DNA of 64,000 nucleotides from Bacteroidetes bacterium HGW-Bacteroidetes-16 (GTDB lineage: Bacteria; Bacteroidota; Bacteroidia; Bacteroidales; F082), in the NCBI GenBank assembly GCA_002840975.1, contig PHDN01000015.1:35192-99191 (forward strand), in the 5' to 3' direction. Positions 10,601 through 19,943 of this stretch are shown here, in pieces. How positions within the stretch are numbered: the stretch's first letter is position 1; each line of letters begins with the position of its first letter. The notes beneath the pieces were generated by a model. It did not search any database. It saw only the letters and a program-made list of their open reading frames with translations, and was not told the origin of the DNA. The translations under genes were made by a program, and so were the position numbers.

Positions 10601-10837
10601 GTCAATACTGTCGAGATAATATTCTTCTCTGGCCCGTTTAATGGAGTCAAGAATAAATATTTCCTTGATTTCATTTCCCGCGGCAAGCTCCTTTGCATTT
10701 TGCGATGCCACTTCATGTTGTGCATATTCTTTGGCCTTTTGTTCGACACGCATGGTGACGAAGGTAAAGCTCAATTGATACAAACACACCAGGGCAAACG
10801 CAATGGCAAAAAATTTGATAGCTCCTCTGTTCTGCAT
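7661..10837 (-). CDS. secDF: Protein translocase subunit SecDF (fused SecD/SecF)
   Basis: 1058 aa. Two RND-like 6-TM modules separated by large periplasmic domains. The fused form is typical of Bacteroidota. Confidence 0.9.
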   Translation of the reverse strand: MQNRGAIKFFAIAFALVCLYQLSFTFVTMRVEQKAKEYAQHEVASQNAKELAAGNEIKEIFILDSIKRAREEYYLDSIDNVVVYNILVDQYTYRQAKEREINLGLDLKGGMNVVLEVSVGDIVTALSGNSKDPVFVQAMKLAHEKQKNSNKGFVTLFGESFNELDPNARLASIFLYEFKDKGITTNSTNEEVLKVIKSEADDAIDRSYQILRTRIDRFGVAQPNIQRLATTGRILIELPGIKDPERVRKLLQGTAKLEFWETYNFSDLYTYFDEANAQLKAEIVLEEETLADSSNNLQTIVSEEIAANGDNQKPENEIKTPDSADASANKLLEKLEADTTNESSEVTIAERAKNYPLYAYLQPSYFQDESGRMTPGATARVGIAAIKDTARINQMLKKVSDIFPRDLKFVWSVKPDPRTPDLLELIALKASYRDGAAALGGDVIENARQDYDQNGGISVDMQMNGQGAKVWKRLTGESIGKQIAIVLDNYVYSYPVVNGEIPNGRSSISGGSMDLNEAQDLANILKAGKLPAPARIVEEAVVGPSLGREAVSAGMNSFILAFILVLVYMIVYYNRAGMVASAALVTNIFFLFGILASLGAVLTLPGMAGIVLTLGMAVDANVIIYERIKEEIRAGKGIRLAITDGYQNAYSAIIDGNVTTLLTGIVLYVFGTGPVQGFATTLIIGILSSLFTAIFISRLIFLWMERTNKTVNFSTKFTANVLANTSFKFIQSRKKAYIFSGFLILISVASLTFRGLNYGIDFTGGRTYVVRFDKDIDAEKARGALTAQFDNMAPEIKTFGANSQIKVTTKFMIESDGPEVDGIIQKKLYEGLKGLFSKELSYVDFSSDTEGENKLLGILSSQKIGPTIAYDIRNKAYMAIFFALIIIFIYIAIRFKKWQYGVAGVAALAHDTIITMGMFSIFYGLLPFNMEVDQAFIAAILTIIGYSINDTVIIFDRIRENVKLFPKHTILRNMNEGLNSTLARTMNTSGTTIVVLLVIFVFGGEVIRGFIFALLIGIVIGTYSSVFTASPLAYDLLKGDKEEREMKLKAETARKGKK

Positions 10838-10881
10838 TTGAGATGATTTATTAATGATTTAACTGCATTTTTTTAAGGGTG

Positions 10882-10889
10882 CAAAAATA
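10882..10889 (-). promoter_or_regulatory. Candidate -7 box (TAttTTTG on the minus strand) for secDF
   Basis: The + strand reads caaaaata at 10882-10889, 45 nt upstream of the secDF start. A CAA (TTG on minus) lies at 10910-10912. Confidence 0.3.
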
Positions 10890-11021
10890 GTATAATATTT
10901 GAGAATTAACAATTTTGCTTACATTTAATAAGGTGCAACTTCTACCCCAATGCCAACCGATGTGGCCGGGGGCGGTTTTATGCAGTAAAAAGTGGTTGGT
11001 TAAAGTTTATTGCCTTTCTTA

Positions 11022-12338
11022 TTACCGGGCAGTTAACCACTTCCATATGACACCATAGCTGATTTTTTTGCCATACATCAGGATTCCTGTTTTATATATT
11101 TTGCCTGCAACCCAGGTGCTAAAAATAAAGCCTGCCACCAGCAGTCCCATTGAAAGTAAAATTTCCCAGACAGGCACACCAAACGGAATGCGCATCATCA
11201 TGGTAATTGGTGAGGTAAATGGGATCATCGACATCCAGAAAGCCAAACTGCTGTCGGGTTGATTGATGATGACACCCGACATGGCTACGGCCAGAATGAG
11301 AGGTATGGAAACGGGAAGCATAAACTGTTGCGTGTCGGCATCGTTGTCGACGGCACCGCCTATGGCTGCAAAAAGGGATGCGTACAACAAATAACCTCCC
11401 AGGAAATAGAATATAAAACTTAATGTCATGACCATAAAATTGACACTCCCAAGTGTTTCGGTGATCATCATCATCGGGTTCATTTGGCTGCCTCCGTCGT
11501 TCACATGGCCCATCATCGCAGATTGGGTCCCCATCATTTCCAATGTGGAGCTATCCCCACTGATAAACATGACCTGTACAATGCCAACAATAATTAAGGT
11601 GAGTACAATCCAGAGCATAAACTGAGTGAGCCCCACCAACGCGATACCAACAATTTTACCCATCATCAGTTGAAACGGCTTGACAGAAGAAATAATAACT
11701 TCTACGATGCGGTTTGATTTTTCTTCAATTACGCCCTTAAGAACCTGTGCACCAAACATAAAAATGAAAAAATAAATCATGATACCGGCAAAGATGGACA
11801 GTCCTACTTCCACTTCTGTATTGCTTTTTTTCTCAATTCCCCCTTCGTCCACCTTGATGCTGACCAGATTGATATCTACCTTGGCTGATTTGATGATTTC
11901 AGGATCGATTCCCGAAGCCAGTAGTTTTTTGTTCTCAACGGTTTGTTTCATGATCGATTTAATGTAACTGGTTACATTTAAACCGGGTTGTTTTGACGAA
12001 AACAATTCTGCATTCACAGGTATATTGAGTTCGGGCAACGGAATGTAAAGCAGAAGATCACCTTTTACATTTAAGGCCTGGTTTTTTTCTTCCTCCAGAC
12101 CCTCGAACACGTGATAGAATTTGATGTTATCCTCATCTTGAAATTTCTCAAAAAACCATCCTGTTTCGTCCAAAACGGCGATGCGTTTTTCTGTGGCTTC
12201 GCTCCAACTGGCTAAAAATACGGGAAGAATAATCATGGCAGCCATGAGGACAGGACCCACGATGGTCATCACGATAAAAGACTTTTTCTTTACCCTGGTG
12301 AGGTATTCTCGTTGGATGATGAGTAAAATCTTATTCAT
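11022..12338 (-). CDS. ABC-2 family transporter permease (NatB-like, 6 TM plus large extracytoplasmic loop)
   Basis: 438 aa. N-terminal TM, a long soluble loop, then a C-terminal cluster of TM helices. Lies 8 nt downstream of the ATPase gene. Confidence 0.75.
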   Translation of the reverse strand: MNKILLIIQREYLTRVKKKSFIVMTIVGPVLMAAMIILPVFLASWSEATEKRIAVLDETGWFFEKFQDEDNIKFYHVFEGLEEEKNQALNVKGDLLLYIPLPELNIPVNAELFSSKQPGLNVTSYIKSIMKQTVENKKLLASGIDPEIIKSAKVDINLVSIKVDEGGIEKKSNTEVEVGLSIFAGIMIYFFIFMFGAQVLKGVIEEKSNRIVEVIISSVKPFQLMMGKIVGIALVGLTQFMLWIVLTLIIVGIVQVMFISGDSSTLEMMGTQSAMMGHVNDGGSQMNPMMMITETLGSVNFMVMTLSFIFYFLGGYLLYASLFAAIGGAVDNDADTQQFMLPVSIPLILAVAMSGVIINQPDSSLAFWMSMIPFTSPITMMMRIPFGVPVWEILLSMGLLVAGFIFSTWVAGKIYKTGILMYGKKISYGVIWKWLTAR

Positions 12339-12346
12339 ACTCTGGA

Positions 12347-13255
12347 TTATTTAGGGCTGACTTCGCGGATGAAAATATCGTTGAGCGATGGAAGAACCTC
12401 TTGAAATTTAAGGATCTCGGCTTGCTGAATGAGGTGTTGTAAAAGCAGGTTCGAAGTGGCATTGTCTAATAGTTTAACATGCGTCACCAGGTGGTTGTTC
12501 TTCGGCTGGGTAGAAATGATGTGGCATAGACCTTCAGGAAGCATCAATGCCTTGGATGACCTGTATTCTACTTCGTAGGTCTGGGTTTTATACCGTTGCT
12601 TGATGTCATTAATTTCGCCCGAGAGGATGTTTTTGCTTTGATGTATCAACGTGATTTGATCGCAAATTTCTTCTACAGAGGCCATGTTGTGGGTGGAGAA
12701 GATGATGGTGGAACCTTCGTTTTTTAGATTGATAATCTCTGCTTTTAGCAAGTTCACGTTGATGGGGTCGAAACCGCTGAAAGGTTCATCAAAGATGAGC
12801 AATTTGGGTTGGTGCAGCACGGTGACGATAAATTGTACTTTCTGTTGCATTCCCTTCGAGAGTTCTTCTACTTTTCTGTTCCACCAGCTATCCATTTCAA
12901 ATTTCCCGAACCAATGCTTTAATTTTACGGTAGCGTCATGCTTCGACATGCCTTTTAAACGTGCCAGATAAACCGCTTGTTCTCCCACCTTCATCTTTTT
13001 ATACAATCCCCGTTCTTCGGGTAAATAGCCAATTTGGCTGGCATCGGAAGGCTGCATGGGTTTACCGTTGAGCAGGATTTCTCCCTGGTCTTTTACGGCA
13101 ATCATGTTGATGATGCGGATCAGGGTGGTTTTACCGGCACCATTGGGGCCAAGCAAACCAAAAATAGATTGCTCAGGAACCTGAATCGTTACGTCATCCA
13201 AGGCTTTGTGTTTGTCAAAGCTTTTTGAGATGTGGTTGGCTTGAAGTGTCATCAT
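12347..13255 (-). CDS. ABC transporter ATP-binding protein
   Basis: Walker A motif GPNGAGKTT, ABC signature LSKGMQQK, Walker B motif LLIFDEPFSGFD. 302 aa. Confidence 0.85.
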   Translation of the reverse strand: MMTLQANHISKSFDKHKALDDVTIQVPEQSIFGLLGPNGAGKTTLIRIINMIAVKDQGEILLNGKPMQPSDASQIGYLPEERGLYKKMKVGEQAVYLARLKGMSKHDATVKLKHWFGKFEMDSWWNRKVEELSKGMQQKVQFIVTVLHQPKLLIFDEPFSGFDPINVNLLKAEIINLKNEGSTIIFSTHNMASVEEICDQITLIHQSKNILSGEINDIKQRYKTQTYEVEYRSSKALMLPEGLCHIISTQPKNNHLVTHVKLLDNATSNLLLQHLIQQAEILKFQEVLPSLNDIFIREVSPK

Positions 13256-13259
13256 AGGC

Positions 13260-14420
13260 TTAGGCGAAAAATTCCCTCATCCGGTCGAAGTAGCTTTTGT
13301 CTTTAGCCGTTGGATTTGGTTGAAAATTAGGAGACTTCTGTAGTTCTTCTAAAATGATTTTTTCTTTCTCGCTCAACACCCGGGGGGTCCACACGTTGAT
13401 ATTGACCAGCAAATCACCTTTGCCATAGCCATTTACATCTGGCAGGCCCTTTCCTTTCAGCCTGAGTACTTTTCCTCCCTGGGTTCCGGGGGCAATAGCG
13501 ATGCGGGCCTTGTTGTCGATGGTTGGGATTTCAACCGAACTTCCGAGTGCGGCATCAGCAAAATTGATGAACAGATCGTACATCAGGTTGTTTCCATCGC
13601 GAACTAAATCAGGATGCTCCTTTTCTTCGATGAGGATAATTAAATCTCCGGGAATCCCGCCACGTGCACCGGCATTTCCTCGTCCATTGATGGAGAGCTG
13701 CATGCCTTCTGCCACACCGGCCGGGATTTTAATGGTTACAACTTCTTCACCTTTGTCAACTCCATTGCCATGGCATGTCTTACACTTGTTGGTTATTATC
13801 TCGCCTGTACCTCCGCATTGAGGACAGGTAGAACTGGTTTGCATTTGACCAAGGAAGGTGTTGGTTATTTGCGACACCTGGCCACGTCCGTGGCAAGTGG
13901 GGCAGGTGGTGGGGGAACTGCCCTTCTCTGATCCAGATCCATGACATTCAACACATTCGATATATTTGTTGAGTTTGATTTTTTTCTCGATACCATAAGC
14001 TATTTCTTCAAGCGACAGCTTTACTTTTACCCTCAGGTTCGAACCGCGGTTTACTCTTTTTCCCCGGCTGCTTTGTCCGCCGAAACCTCCAAAACCACTG
14101 CTGCCACCGAAAGCACCTCCAAAGATATCGCCAAAATGACTGAAAATGTCATCCATCGACATGTGTGCACCACCTCCTCCATAGCCGCCTCCGTTGCCAA
14201 GACCTGCATGGCCATATTGATCGTATCGGGCCTTTTTATCCGGGTTACTTAGTACTTCGTAGGCTTCGGCTGCTTCTTTGAATGATTCTTCGGCTTCCGC
14301 GTTACCCGGGTTTTTATCGGGGTGATACTTAAGTGCCATTTTGCGGTATGCCTTTTTTATTTCATCTGCTGAAGCACCCTTGCTAACACCCAGTATATCG
14401 TAATAGTCGCGTTTACTCAT
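13260..14420 (-). CDS. dnaJ: Molecular chaperone DnaJ
   Basis: J domain ([33 protein letters not shown]), Gly-rich linker, four CxxCxGxG zinc-finger repeats, C-terminal substrate-binding domains. Confidence 0.9.
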   Translation of the reverse strand: MSKRDYYDILGVSKGASADEIKKAYRKMALKYHPDKNPGNAEAEESFKEAAEAYEVLSNPDKKARYDQYGHAGLGNGGGYGGGGAHMSMDDIFSHFGDIFGGAFGGSSGFGGFGGQSSRGKRVNRGSNLRVKVKLSLEEIAYGIEKKIKLNKYIECVECHGSGSEKGSSPTTCPTCHGRGQVSQITNTFLGQMQTSSTCPQCGGTGEIITNKCKTCHGNGVDKGEEVVTIKIPAGVAEGMQLSINGRGNAGARGGIPGDLIILIEEKEHPDLVRDGNNLMYDLFINFADAALGSSVEIPTIDNKARIAIAPGTQGGKVLRLKGKGLPDVNGYGKGDLLVNINVWTPRVLSEKEKIILEELQKSPNFQPNPTAKDKSYFDRMREFFA

Positions 14421-14450
14421 GATTTATGCCTTATCCCTATTAGTTTTTTA

Positions 14451-15053
14451 TTAGCTTCCTACCACTACTTTGGCGAAGCGGATGATTTTGCCGTTGAGCA
14501 GATACCCTTTTTGAACCACATCAATCACTTTTCCTTTTAGTTCCTTGGTAGGTGCCGGTATGTTGGTGATGGCTTCATGAAAATCCGTATCAAATTCTTT
14601 GCCGGTAGCATCCATTGGTTCTAATCCTTTTTGCGAAAGGGTTGAAAATAATTTTCCAAAAATTAATTCAACACCCTTAGTGGATTCTTCATTTGCATGA
14701 CTTGCTGTTAAGGCTGCCAGTGCCCTTTCAAAATCGTCCACTACGGGAAGCAGGTCAACAATTAATTCCTGAGAGGCGGTTTTAAACAATTCGATGCGTT
14801 CTTTTTGAGTTCTTTTGCGGTAATTGTCAAATTCAGAATACAACCTCAGGTATTTGTCATTCGATTCTTCGCACTTTTTCTCCAATTTCTCAATCACCTT
14901 CTCTGTCTTGCTTCTTTTACTCCTTTTGGTTTCTTTTTCATGTACCGTACCGGCCTGATGATCAGCTTCCGATATCTCGTTTTCGCTGGAAACCATATGG
15001 GGCTGGTCTTCAAAGGTTACATCGTCTATGTCTTTATTCTTTTCTTTATCCAT
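14451..15053 (-). CDS. grpE: Nucleotide exchange factor GrpE
   Basis: 200 aa. Acidic N-terminus, coiled coil, and GrpE C-terminal beta domain (KFDTDFHEAITNIPAPTKELKGKVIDVVQKGYLLNGKIIRFAKV). Immediately upstream of dnaJ. Confidence 0.85.
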   Translation of the reverse strand: MDKEKNKDIDDVTFEDQPHMVSSENEISEADHQAGTVHEKETKRSKRSKTEKVIEKLEKKCEESNDKYLRLYSEFDNYRKRTQKERIELFKTASQELIVDLLPVVDDFERALAALTASHANEESTKGVELIFGKLFSTLSQKGLEPMDATGKEFDTDFHEAITNIPAPTKELKGKVIDVVQKGYLLNGKIIRFAKVVVGS

Positions 15054-15222
15054 GGTTTAATTTTTATCGGCTGTTGCAACCAGTGTATTAACTGGCACAA
15101 GTAAGCAAATAGTTTGCCACCTCTGCATTGCAGCCATATTGTCAGAATTATAAAATGAAGTCGGTAGAAATGACTGTTTTGAATACAGGAGTCGACAAAT
15201 TTTGTTCATTCACTGCCGTCAC

Positions 15223-15870
15223 CTACTTCTCCAGCCTGACCTGATATTCCTTGTCAATAAAAATATCAGCTTTGTTCTTAATACTTAATACTGCCTGGTG
15301 CTCTTGCTCTAAAACACTCCATCTAAATGGATTGTCGGGTTCCTTACCCCGTTCTGTTTGGGCCTTTTTAGTTTCGTGGTAAGTTAGTTCGATAAAAACC
15401 CTCAGGTCCACTCCTTCGGTATTGATGGCGTATATGCCATCAATAATTAACATATCGATGCCCTTAAAATGGGTGGTGAGTTCATCCACTTGCTCGGTTA
15501 CAAGATCTACGCAGGGCATGGTTGTATACCTGCTGTTTTTAAAATCTTCAAGCACTTGATATACCTTGTCCCAGCGGTATTCATTAATGCCGACCACATT
15601 CTCAACGCCGTGCTTTGTCCTCCATTCGGTTCTTTCGAGCGGAAGCGTGTTATAGAAATTATCGATGTGAATGGGTTTGGCGAAAATTCCTTCTTTCCTG
15701 AGTGATTTAGCGATGACATGGGTAAGTTCTGACTTTCCGGAACCAGACTCGCCCGAAATGGCCACAACCATTTTTGGAATCCGGCGTTTGAGAATTTCCC
15801 CAACGATAACAGCAGCGGCTTGTCTGTGTTTGTCGGCAATTAATAATACATCTTCCAGCATGGCAAACAA
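15223..15870 (-). CDS. P-loop kinase, PRK/uridine-kinase-fold family; paralog 1 of a tandem pair
   Basis: 215 aa. Walker A motif GESGSGKSE at around residue 40. DNFY...PLER motif. About 45% identical to the upstream neighbour. Substrate not assignable. Confidence 0.55.
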   Translation of the reverse strand: MFAMLEDVLLIADKHRQAAAVIVGEILKRRIPKMVVAISGESGSGKSELTHVIAKSLRKEGIFAKPIHIDNFYNTLPLERTEWRTKHGVENVVGINEYRWDKVYQVLEDFKNSRYTTMPCVDLVTEQVDELTTHFKGIDMLIIDGIYAINTEGVDLRVFIELTYHETKKAQTERGKEPDNPFRWSVLEQEHQAVLSIKNKADIFIDKEYQVRLEK

Positions 15871-15876
15871 TATTAG

Positions 15877-16515
15877 TTAGAGGTGAAATATTTCATTTGA
15901 AGTAGCAAAATCTATAAAAAAGTTGGCTTCAGTCTTATGGAGTTGCACCATTTCCTGTTCCCTCTGCATCACTTGCAGGCGAAAATCATCAATCACTTCA
16001 CTGGCTACATAGGTATTTTGTTCTAAAACTTCCTGATACGACAACTCGATGAAAACCTTCAGCTTCGATTCTTTGCAGTTGATTGAGTATAAACCTCTGA
16101 TGATGAGTATATCAACGCCCTTAAAATCAGTGGTTAATTCATCAACATAATCGGTAAGCAGATCAACCAACGGCATGGCAGCCACCCGGTCTTCTTTAAA
16201 ATCACTGATGTTTTCATAAATTTTTTCCCAGTTATATTCATCCGGGCCTATTTTACCAAGGCCATGTTTCCTGCGCCAGGCTTTTCTTTCAAGGGGTGGA
16301 ATTTTGTAGTAGTTGTCCAGTTCCATAATCTTGCACCTATATCCATAATCCTTCAAAATTTTTGCCACCAGGTATGAGATGGTAGATTTGCCGGTTCCTA
16401 CCTCGCCGGTTACGGTCATAATGAACTTCGGTGTTCGTTCCACCAGCACCCTGTCGACGATCAGCTGGGCAGCGGCCCTGTGTTTGTCGGTAATAGTTAT
16501 AATTTGGTTTTGCAT
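15877..16515 (-). CDS. P-loop kinase, PRK/uridine-kinase-fold family; paralog 2 of a tandem pair
   Basis: 212 aa. Walker A motif GEVGTGKST. Conserved blocks shared with paralog 1 (DKHRxAAxxIV, PLERxxWRxKHG, MPxVDLxTxxVDELTTxFKGxDxLII). Lies 21 nt downstream of the GH65 gene. Confidence 0.55.
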   Translation of the reverse strand: MQNQIITITDKHRAAAQLIVDRVLVERTPKFIMTVTGEVGTGKSTISYLVAKILKDYGYRCKIMELDNYYKIPPLERKAWRRKHGLGKIGPDEYNWEKIYENISDFKEDRVAAMPLVDLLTDYVDELTTDFKGVDILIIRGLYSINCKESKLKVFIELSYQEVLEQNTYVASEVIDDFRLQVMQREQEMVQLHKTEANFFIDFATSNEIFHL

Positions 16516-16536
16516 AATTAAATCAACTACTTCATG

Positions 16537-19500
16537 CTAAAAAATATACATCAGGGTCGCCCCTTTTGTAGTTTCGAATTCTGAGTCGAATATCAATATT
16601 TTTGCAGGTTTATCTGTCATCACCTGAACTACATCTTTTGATATTTCAAATTGATAATCAACGCCCTTAAAGGTGAGTCGAAAGGCCAATTCTTTCCATG
16701 TTTCGGGTAAATGCGGTGTAACCTTAAGCCTTTCACCACGCAGGTCAATTCCGGCGAATGTGTTTAGGGCAATCATCAGTGTTCCTGCCATCACACCGGC
16801 ATGAATACCTTCGGCGGTGGTTCCTCCCTGGATGTCGGCATAATCTGAGGTTAGTGCATCGCGGTATAGTTCACTGCTCAGCTGATAGTTTCCGATGGCA
16901 TTTGCCAATTGCGAATGTACCACCCGGCTCAAAGTGGAGCCATGCGAGGTCCTGTCGAGATAATAGCGGAGGTTTCTCTCCAAAAAGTCTTTGGGCAGGG
17001 AATATCCCATCTCCAACAGGATGTGTGCCACCTGCTCCTGATCCAGGTTGTAAAATGTCATCAGGGTATCTGCCTGTTTGGCCACTTTGTAATCATCAGC
17101 CGATTTTCCTTCGGCTTTCAACAACCTGTCCATCCGGTAAATATTGCCAAACTTATTGCGGTAATAATCCCAATCGAGTTCCTTTAATTCAAAATAACCA
17201 TCATATTGGGCAATAATCCCATCCTCATTGATGACCAGATTCAGGTGGGTTTTAATCTCATTCCATTTTTCAATGTCCTCTTGCAGGATTCCCGTTTTCC
17301 GGAAAAGCTTGTTTCTGGTGGTCAAACTAAGTTTTTTAACCAACTCATCGGCCTTATCAAACATCCATGAAACCATGATGTTGGTGTAGGCATTGTCGCG
17401 AAGGCCTCCTTCTTCGGTGTCAGGATAACTTTCGTGGAACTCATCAGGACCCATTACTTTGTCGATGGAATAACGCCGGGTATCCTGGTTCCATTGGCAT
17501 TTGCTTTCCCAAAACTGACATATTTCGAGAAACATTTCAGCACCATATTCTTCCATAAAATCCCAGTCGCCGGTGATGTGGAGGTATTGCCAGATATCGT
17601 ATGCGATGGCCAGCGAAACATGCCTTTGCAACGAACTGTAGTCATCGCCCCAATGCCCGGTGAGTGGGTTTAAATGCACCACCTGCGTTTCTTCACGGCC
17701 ATCGCTGCCACTTTGCCAGGGGAACATGGCGCCTTTGTAGCCATACTCTTTGGCATATTCACGGGCTTTATCCAGACGGCGGTAGCGGTACATCAACATT
17801 GATTTTGCCGTTTCCGGGAAGTGGATGTCGTAAAAAGGCAGGATAAAAAGTTCATCCCAAAAAATGTGACCGCGGTAGGCCTCGCCATGTAATCCCCGGG
17901 CTGTCATACTGGCATCAATCTGTCGGTTGTGGGGCGAAGCTGACACCATCAGGTGGTAGGTATGCATGCGCAATAACTTCTGAGCCAGTCGGTCACCTGT
18001 AAGTTTGATGTTGACTTTATCCCATATTTTGTCCCAGGCTTCGGCACTTTTTTGTAATAAATCATCAAAGGAAAGCATTGTTTTTACTTCTTCAATGGCA
18101 CTTTGAAGCGGGTTCTTACCGTCCAGATGAGAAGCGTGGATGGAAACCATTTTTTCGATGCCCAGGGTTTCTCCTTCCATGATTTGATGGCTGGCATAAG
18201 TATATACGATGCCTGCATCGGAAGTCACACCAAAGTCGATTGTTTCAGGAATGCCGTTCAAAGTCAGGGTTAGTTTGGCGGCCTCGGCTATTTCAATGCC
18301 CGACTGGGTGGTTTTTACCAGAAGCCAGGAGAGGTTTCCTTCGCCACCTTCCTTAACAGGTTGTAAATGTTGTTGATTTAGCGCTTTATAACGGTTCACC
18401 CCTTCATTTTTGTGCGTGCCATCCAGTGATGACGAAAAACTGATGACAGCAGTATAATTGAGAGGAGTAACGCTATACCGAATGCAAGCCTGATGCGGAT
18501 GATACATGCTGACAAACCGTTCACTTTTAATGGCAGTTTTTCTGTTTTCTTCATCTGTTACGATGAGCGATCTGGTGAGCAAACCGTTTTTGAAATTGAG
18601 TGTCCTGCTGATTTGATTGATGTTGGTTTGATTGGGATCGAACCAGGTTTCATCATCAATTTTAAACCGGATGGGCAACCAGTTGGGTGCATTTACAAAG
18701 TCTTCATTTTCAACCATGCGATCGGCAATGGGAGTGGCGAGCCGGTTATACAGGCTGGCAATATAGGTTCCCGGATAGTTGGATTCTTCGGCACTGGTTT
18801 CTTCCATGGCACCTCTGGTACCAAAATATCCATTTCCAATGGTGAGCAGTGCTTCGCGCGATTTTTCGTTTGCCGGGTTGTAATCGTGGTAGTTTAAGGT
18901 CCAGCTATCTTTTTTTTTTCCTTCGTGAAACCATTCGTTGATGTCTTCCAGGGTGATTTCTTCCAGGTCGCTTACCACCATATCGGCGCCGTTGGACCGG
19001 AGCGCTTCATGGTTTTCTTCGCGTGCCAGGCCAATCACCAGACCAAAGTTTCCATTTTTTCCGGCCTGAACGCCTGAGACAGCATCTTCTATCACAATGG
19101 CCTTGTCGGGATCGACACCCAGGTTTTTGGCGGCTGTAAGAAAGATATCGGGCTGGGGTTTGCCTTTTAGTCCCATTTCGGCTGAAACCACACCATCGAC
19201 TCGGGTTTCCACAAAATGATTTAATCCGGCTGCGGTGAGTACAGCTTCACAGTTTTTGCTTGATGAAGCCACACCAATGCGGATATGGTCTTTCTTCAAT
19301 TGTTCGAGCAGTGCCACTGTGGAGGGGTAAACTTCAACACCCTCGTTGGCAAGTACTTCGTTGAAGGCTTCGTTTTTTCTGTTTCCCAAACCACAGACTG
19401 TTTCAAGGGCCAGACTGTCTTCGGGAGTTCCAAATGGCAGGTCAATATTCCTCGATTTCAGAAACGACTGCACTCCTTCGTAGCGGGGTTTCCCATCCAC

Positions 19501-19674
19501 ATAGGTGAGGTAATCCTCTTTGGTAAATTCAACAAAGGTTTCGCCATACACTTGTTGACGACCGGTCAGGTATTGGTCGAACATCTTTTTCCAGGCCTGG
19601 CTGTGGGTGATGGCTGTTTTTGTGATGACACCATCGAGGTCGAAAATAACTGCTTCAAAGGAGTTTTTTACCAT
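16537..19674 (-). CDS. Bifunctional beta-phosphoglucomutase (HAD) and glycoside hydrolase family 65 alpha-glucoside phosphorylase (maltose/kojibiose/trehalose phosphorylase-like) fusion
   Basis: 1045 aa. N-terminal ~240 aa is HAD beta-PGM (IFDLDGVITKTAITHSQAWKKMF, DAVSGVQAGKNG). The remainder has the GH65 N-terminal beta-sandwich, the (alpha/alpha)6 catalytic domain with GHIFWDELFILPFY, and the C-terminal domain. Confidence 0.8.
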   Translation of the reverse strand: MVKNSFEAVIFDLDGVITKTAITHSQAWKKMFDQYLTGRQQVYGETFVEFTKEDYLTYVDGKPRYEGVQSFLKSRNIDLPFGTPEDSLALETVCGLGNRKNEAFNEVLANEGVEVYPSTVALLEQLKKDHIRIGVASSSKNCEAVLTAAGLNHFVETRVDGVVSAEMGLKGKPQPDIFLTAAKNLGVDPDKAIVIEDAVSGVQAGKNGNFGLVIGLAREENHEALRSNGADMVVSDLEEITLEDINEWFHEGKKKDSWTLNYHDYNPANEKSREALLTIGNGYFGTRGAMEETSAEESNYPGTYIASLYNRLATPIADRMVENEDFVNAPNWLPIRFKIDDETWFDPNQTNINQISRTLNFKNGLLTRSLIVTDEENRKTAIKSERFVSMYHPHQACIRYSVTPLNYTAVISFSSSLDGTHKNEGVNRYKALNQQHLQPVKEGGEGNLSWLLVKTTQSGIEIAEAAKLTLTLNGIPETIDFGVTSDAGIVYTYASHQIMEGETLGIEKMVSIHASHLDGKNPLQSAIEEVKTMLSFDDLLQKSAEAWDKIWDKVNIKLTGDRLAQKLLRMHTYHLMVSASPHNRQIDASMTARGLHGEAYRGHIFWDELFILPFYDIHFPETAKSMLMYRYRRLDKAREYAKEYGYKGAMFPWQSGSDGREETQVVHLNPLTGHWGDDYSSLQRHVSLAIAYDIWQYLHITGDWDFMEEYGAEMFLEICQFWESKCQWNQDTRRYSIDKVMGPDEFHESYPDTEEGGLRDNAYTNIMVSWMFDKADELVKKLSLTTRNKLFRKTGILQEDIEKWNEIKTHLNLVINEDGIIAQYDGYFELKELDWDYYRNKFGNIYRMDRLLKAEGKSADDYKVAKQADTLMTFYNLDQEQVAHILLEMGYSLPKDFLERNLRYYLDRTSHGSTLSRVVHSQLANAIGNYQLSSELYRDALTSDYADIQGGTTAEGIHAGVMAGTLMIALNTFAGIDLRGERLKVTPHLPETWKELAFRLTFKGVDYQFEISKDVVQVMTDKPAKILIFDSEFETTKGATLMYIF

Positions 19675-19943
19675 TGTTCAGTAAATTGAGGTATTAAAAA
19701 AAAATTCGCCAAAAGGGATCCGGTCGTAGACATATCCAATAAAATAGTGTGCAAAGATCGCATTATTGATTGTACATACGGCACTATTTACATAGTGAAA
19801 TTAAGTCGAAAAATGCAAATAGCCGACTCTTCCGGGGATATTGCATATTTCAAACGTGTGCAGGTTGCCTGAAAGAAAGATAAAGTGTCTACGATTCGTT
19901 TTAGAATGAACATGAACCTGAATTCGGGACAATCATAAGCAAT

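Noticed and set aside
15223-16515. Tandem kinase pair as a toxin-antitoxin (zeta-toxin-like) module
   Set aside because: Both proteins retain a complete Walker A motif and are similar in length to each other, unlike a small antitoxin plus larger toxin. They are embedded in a catabolic operon, and no epsilon-like antitoxin gene is present.
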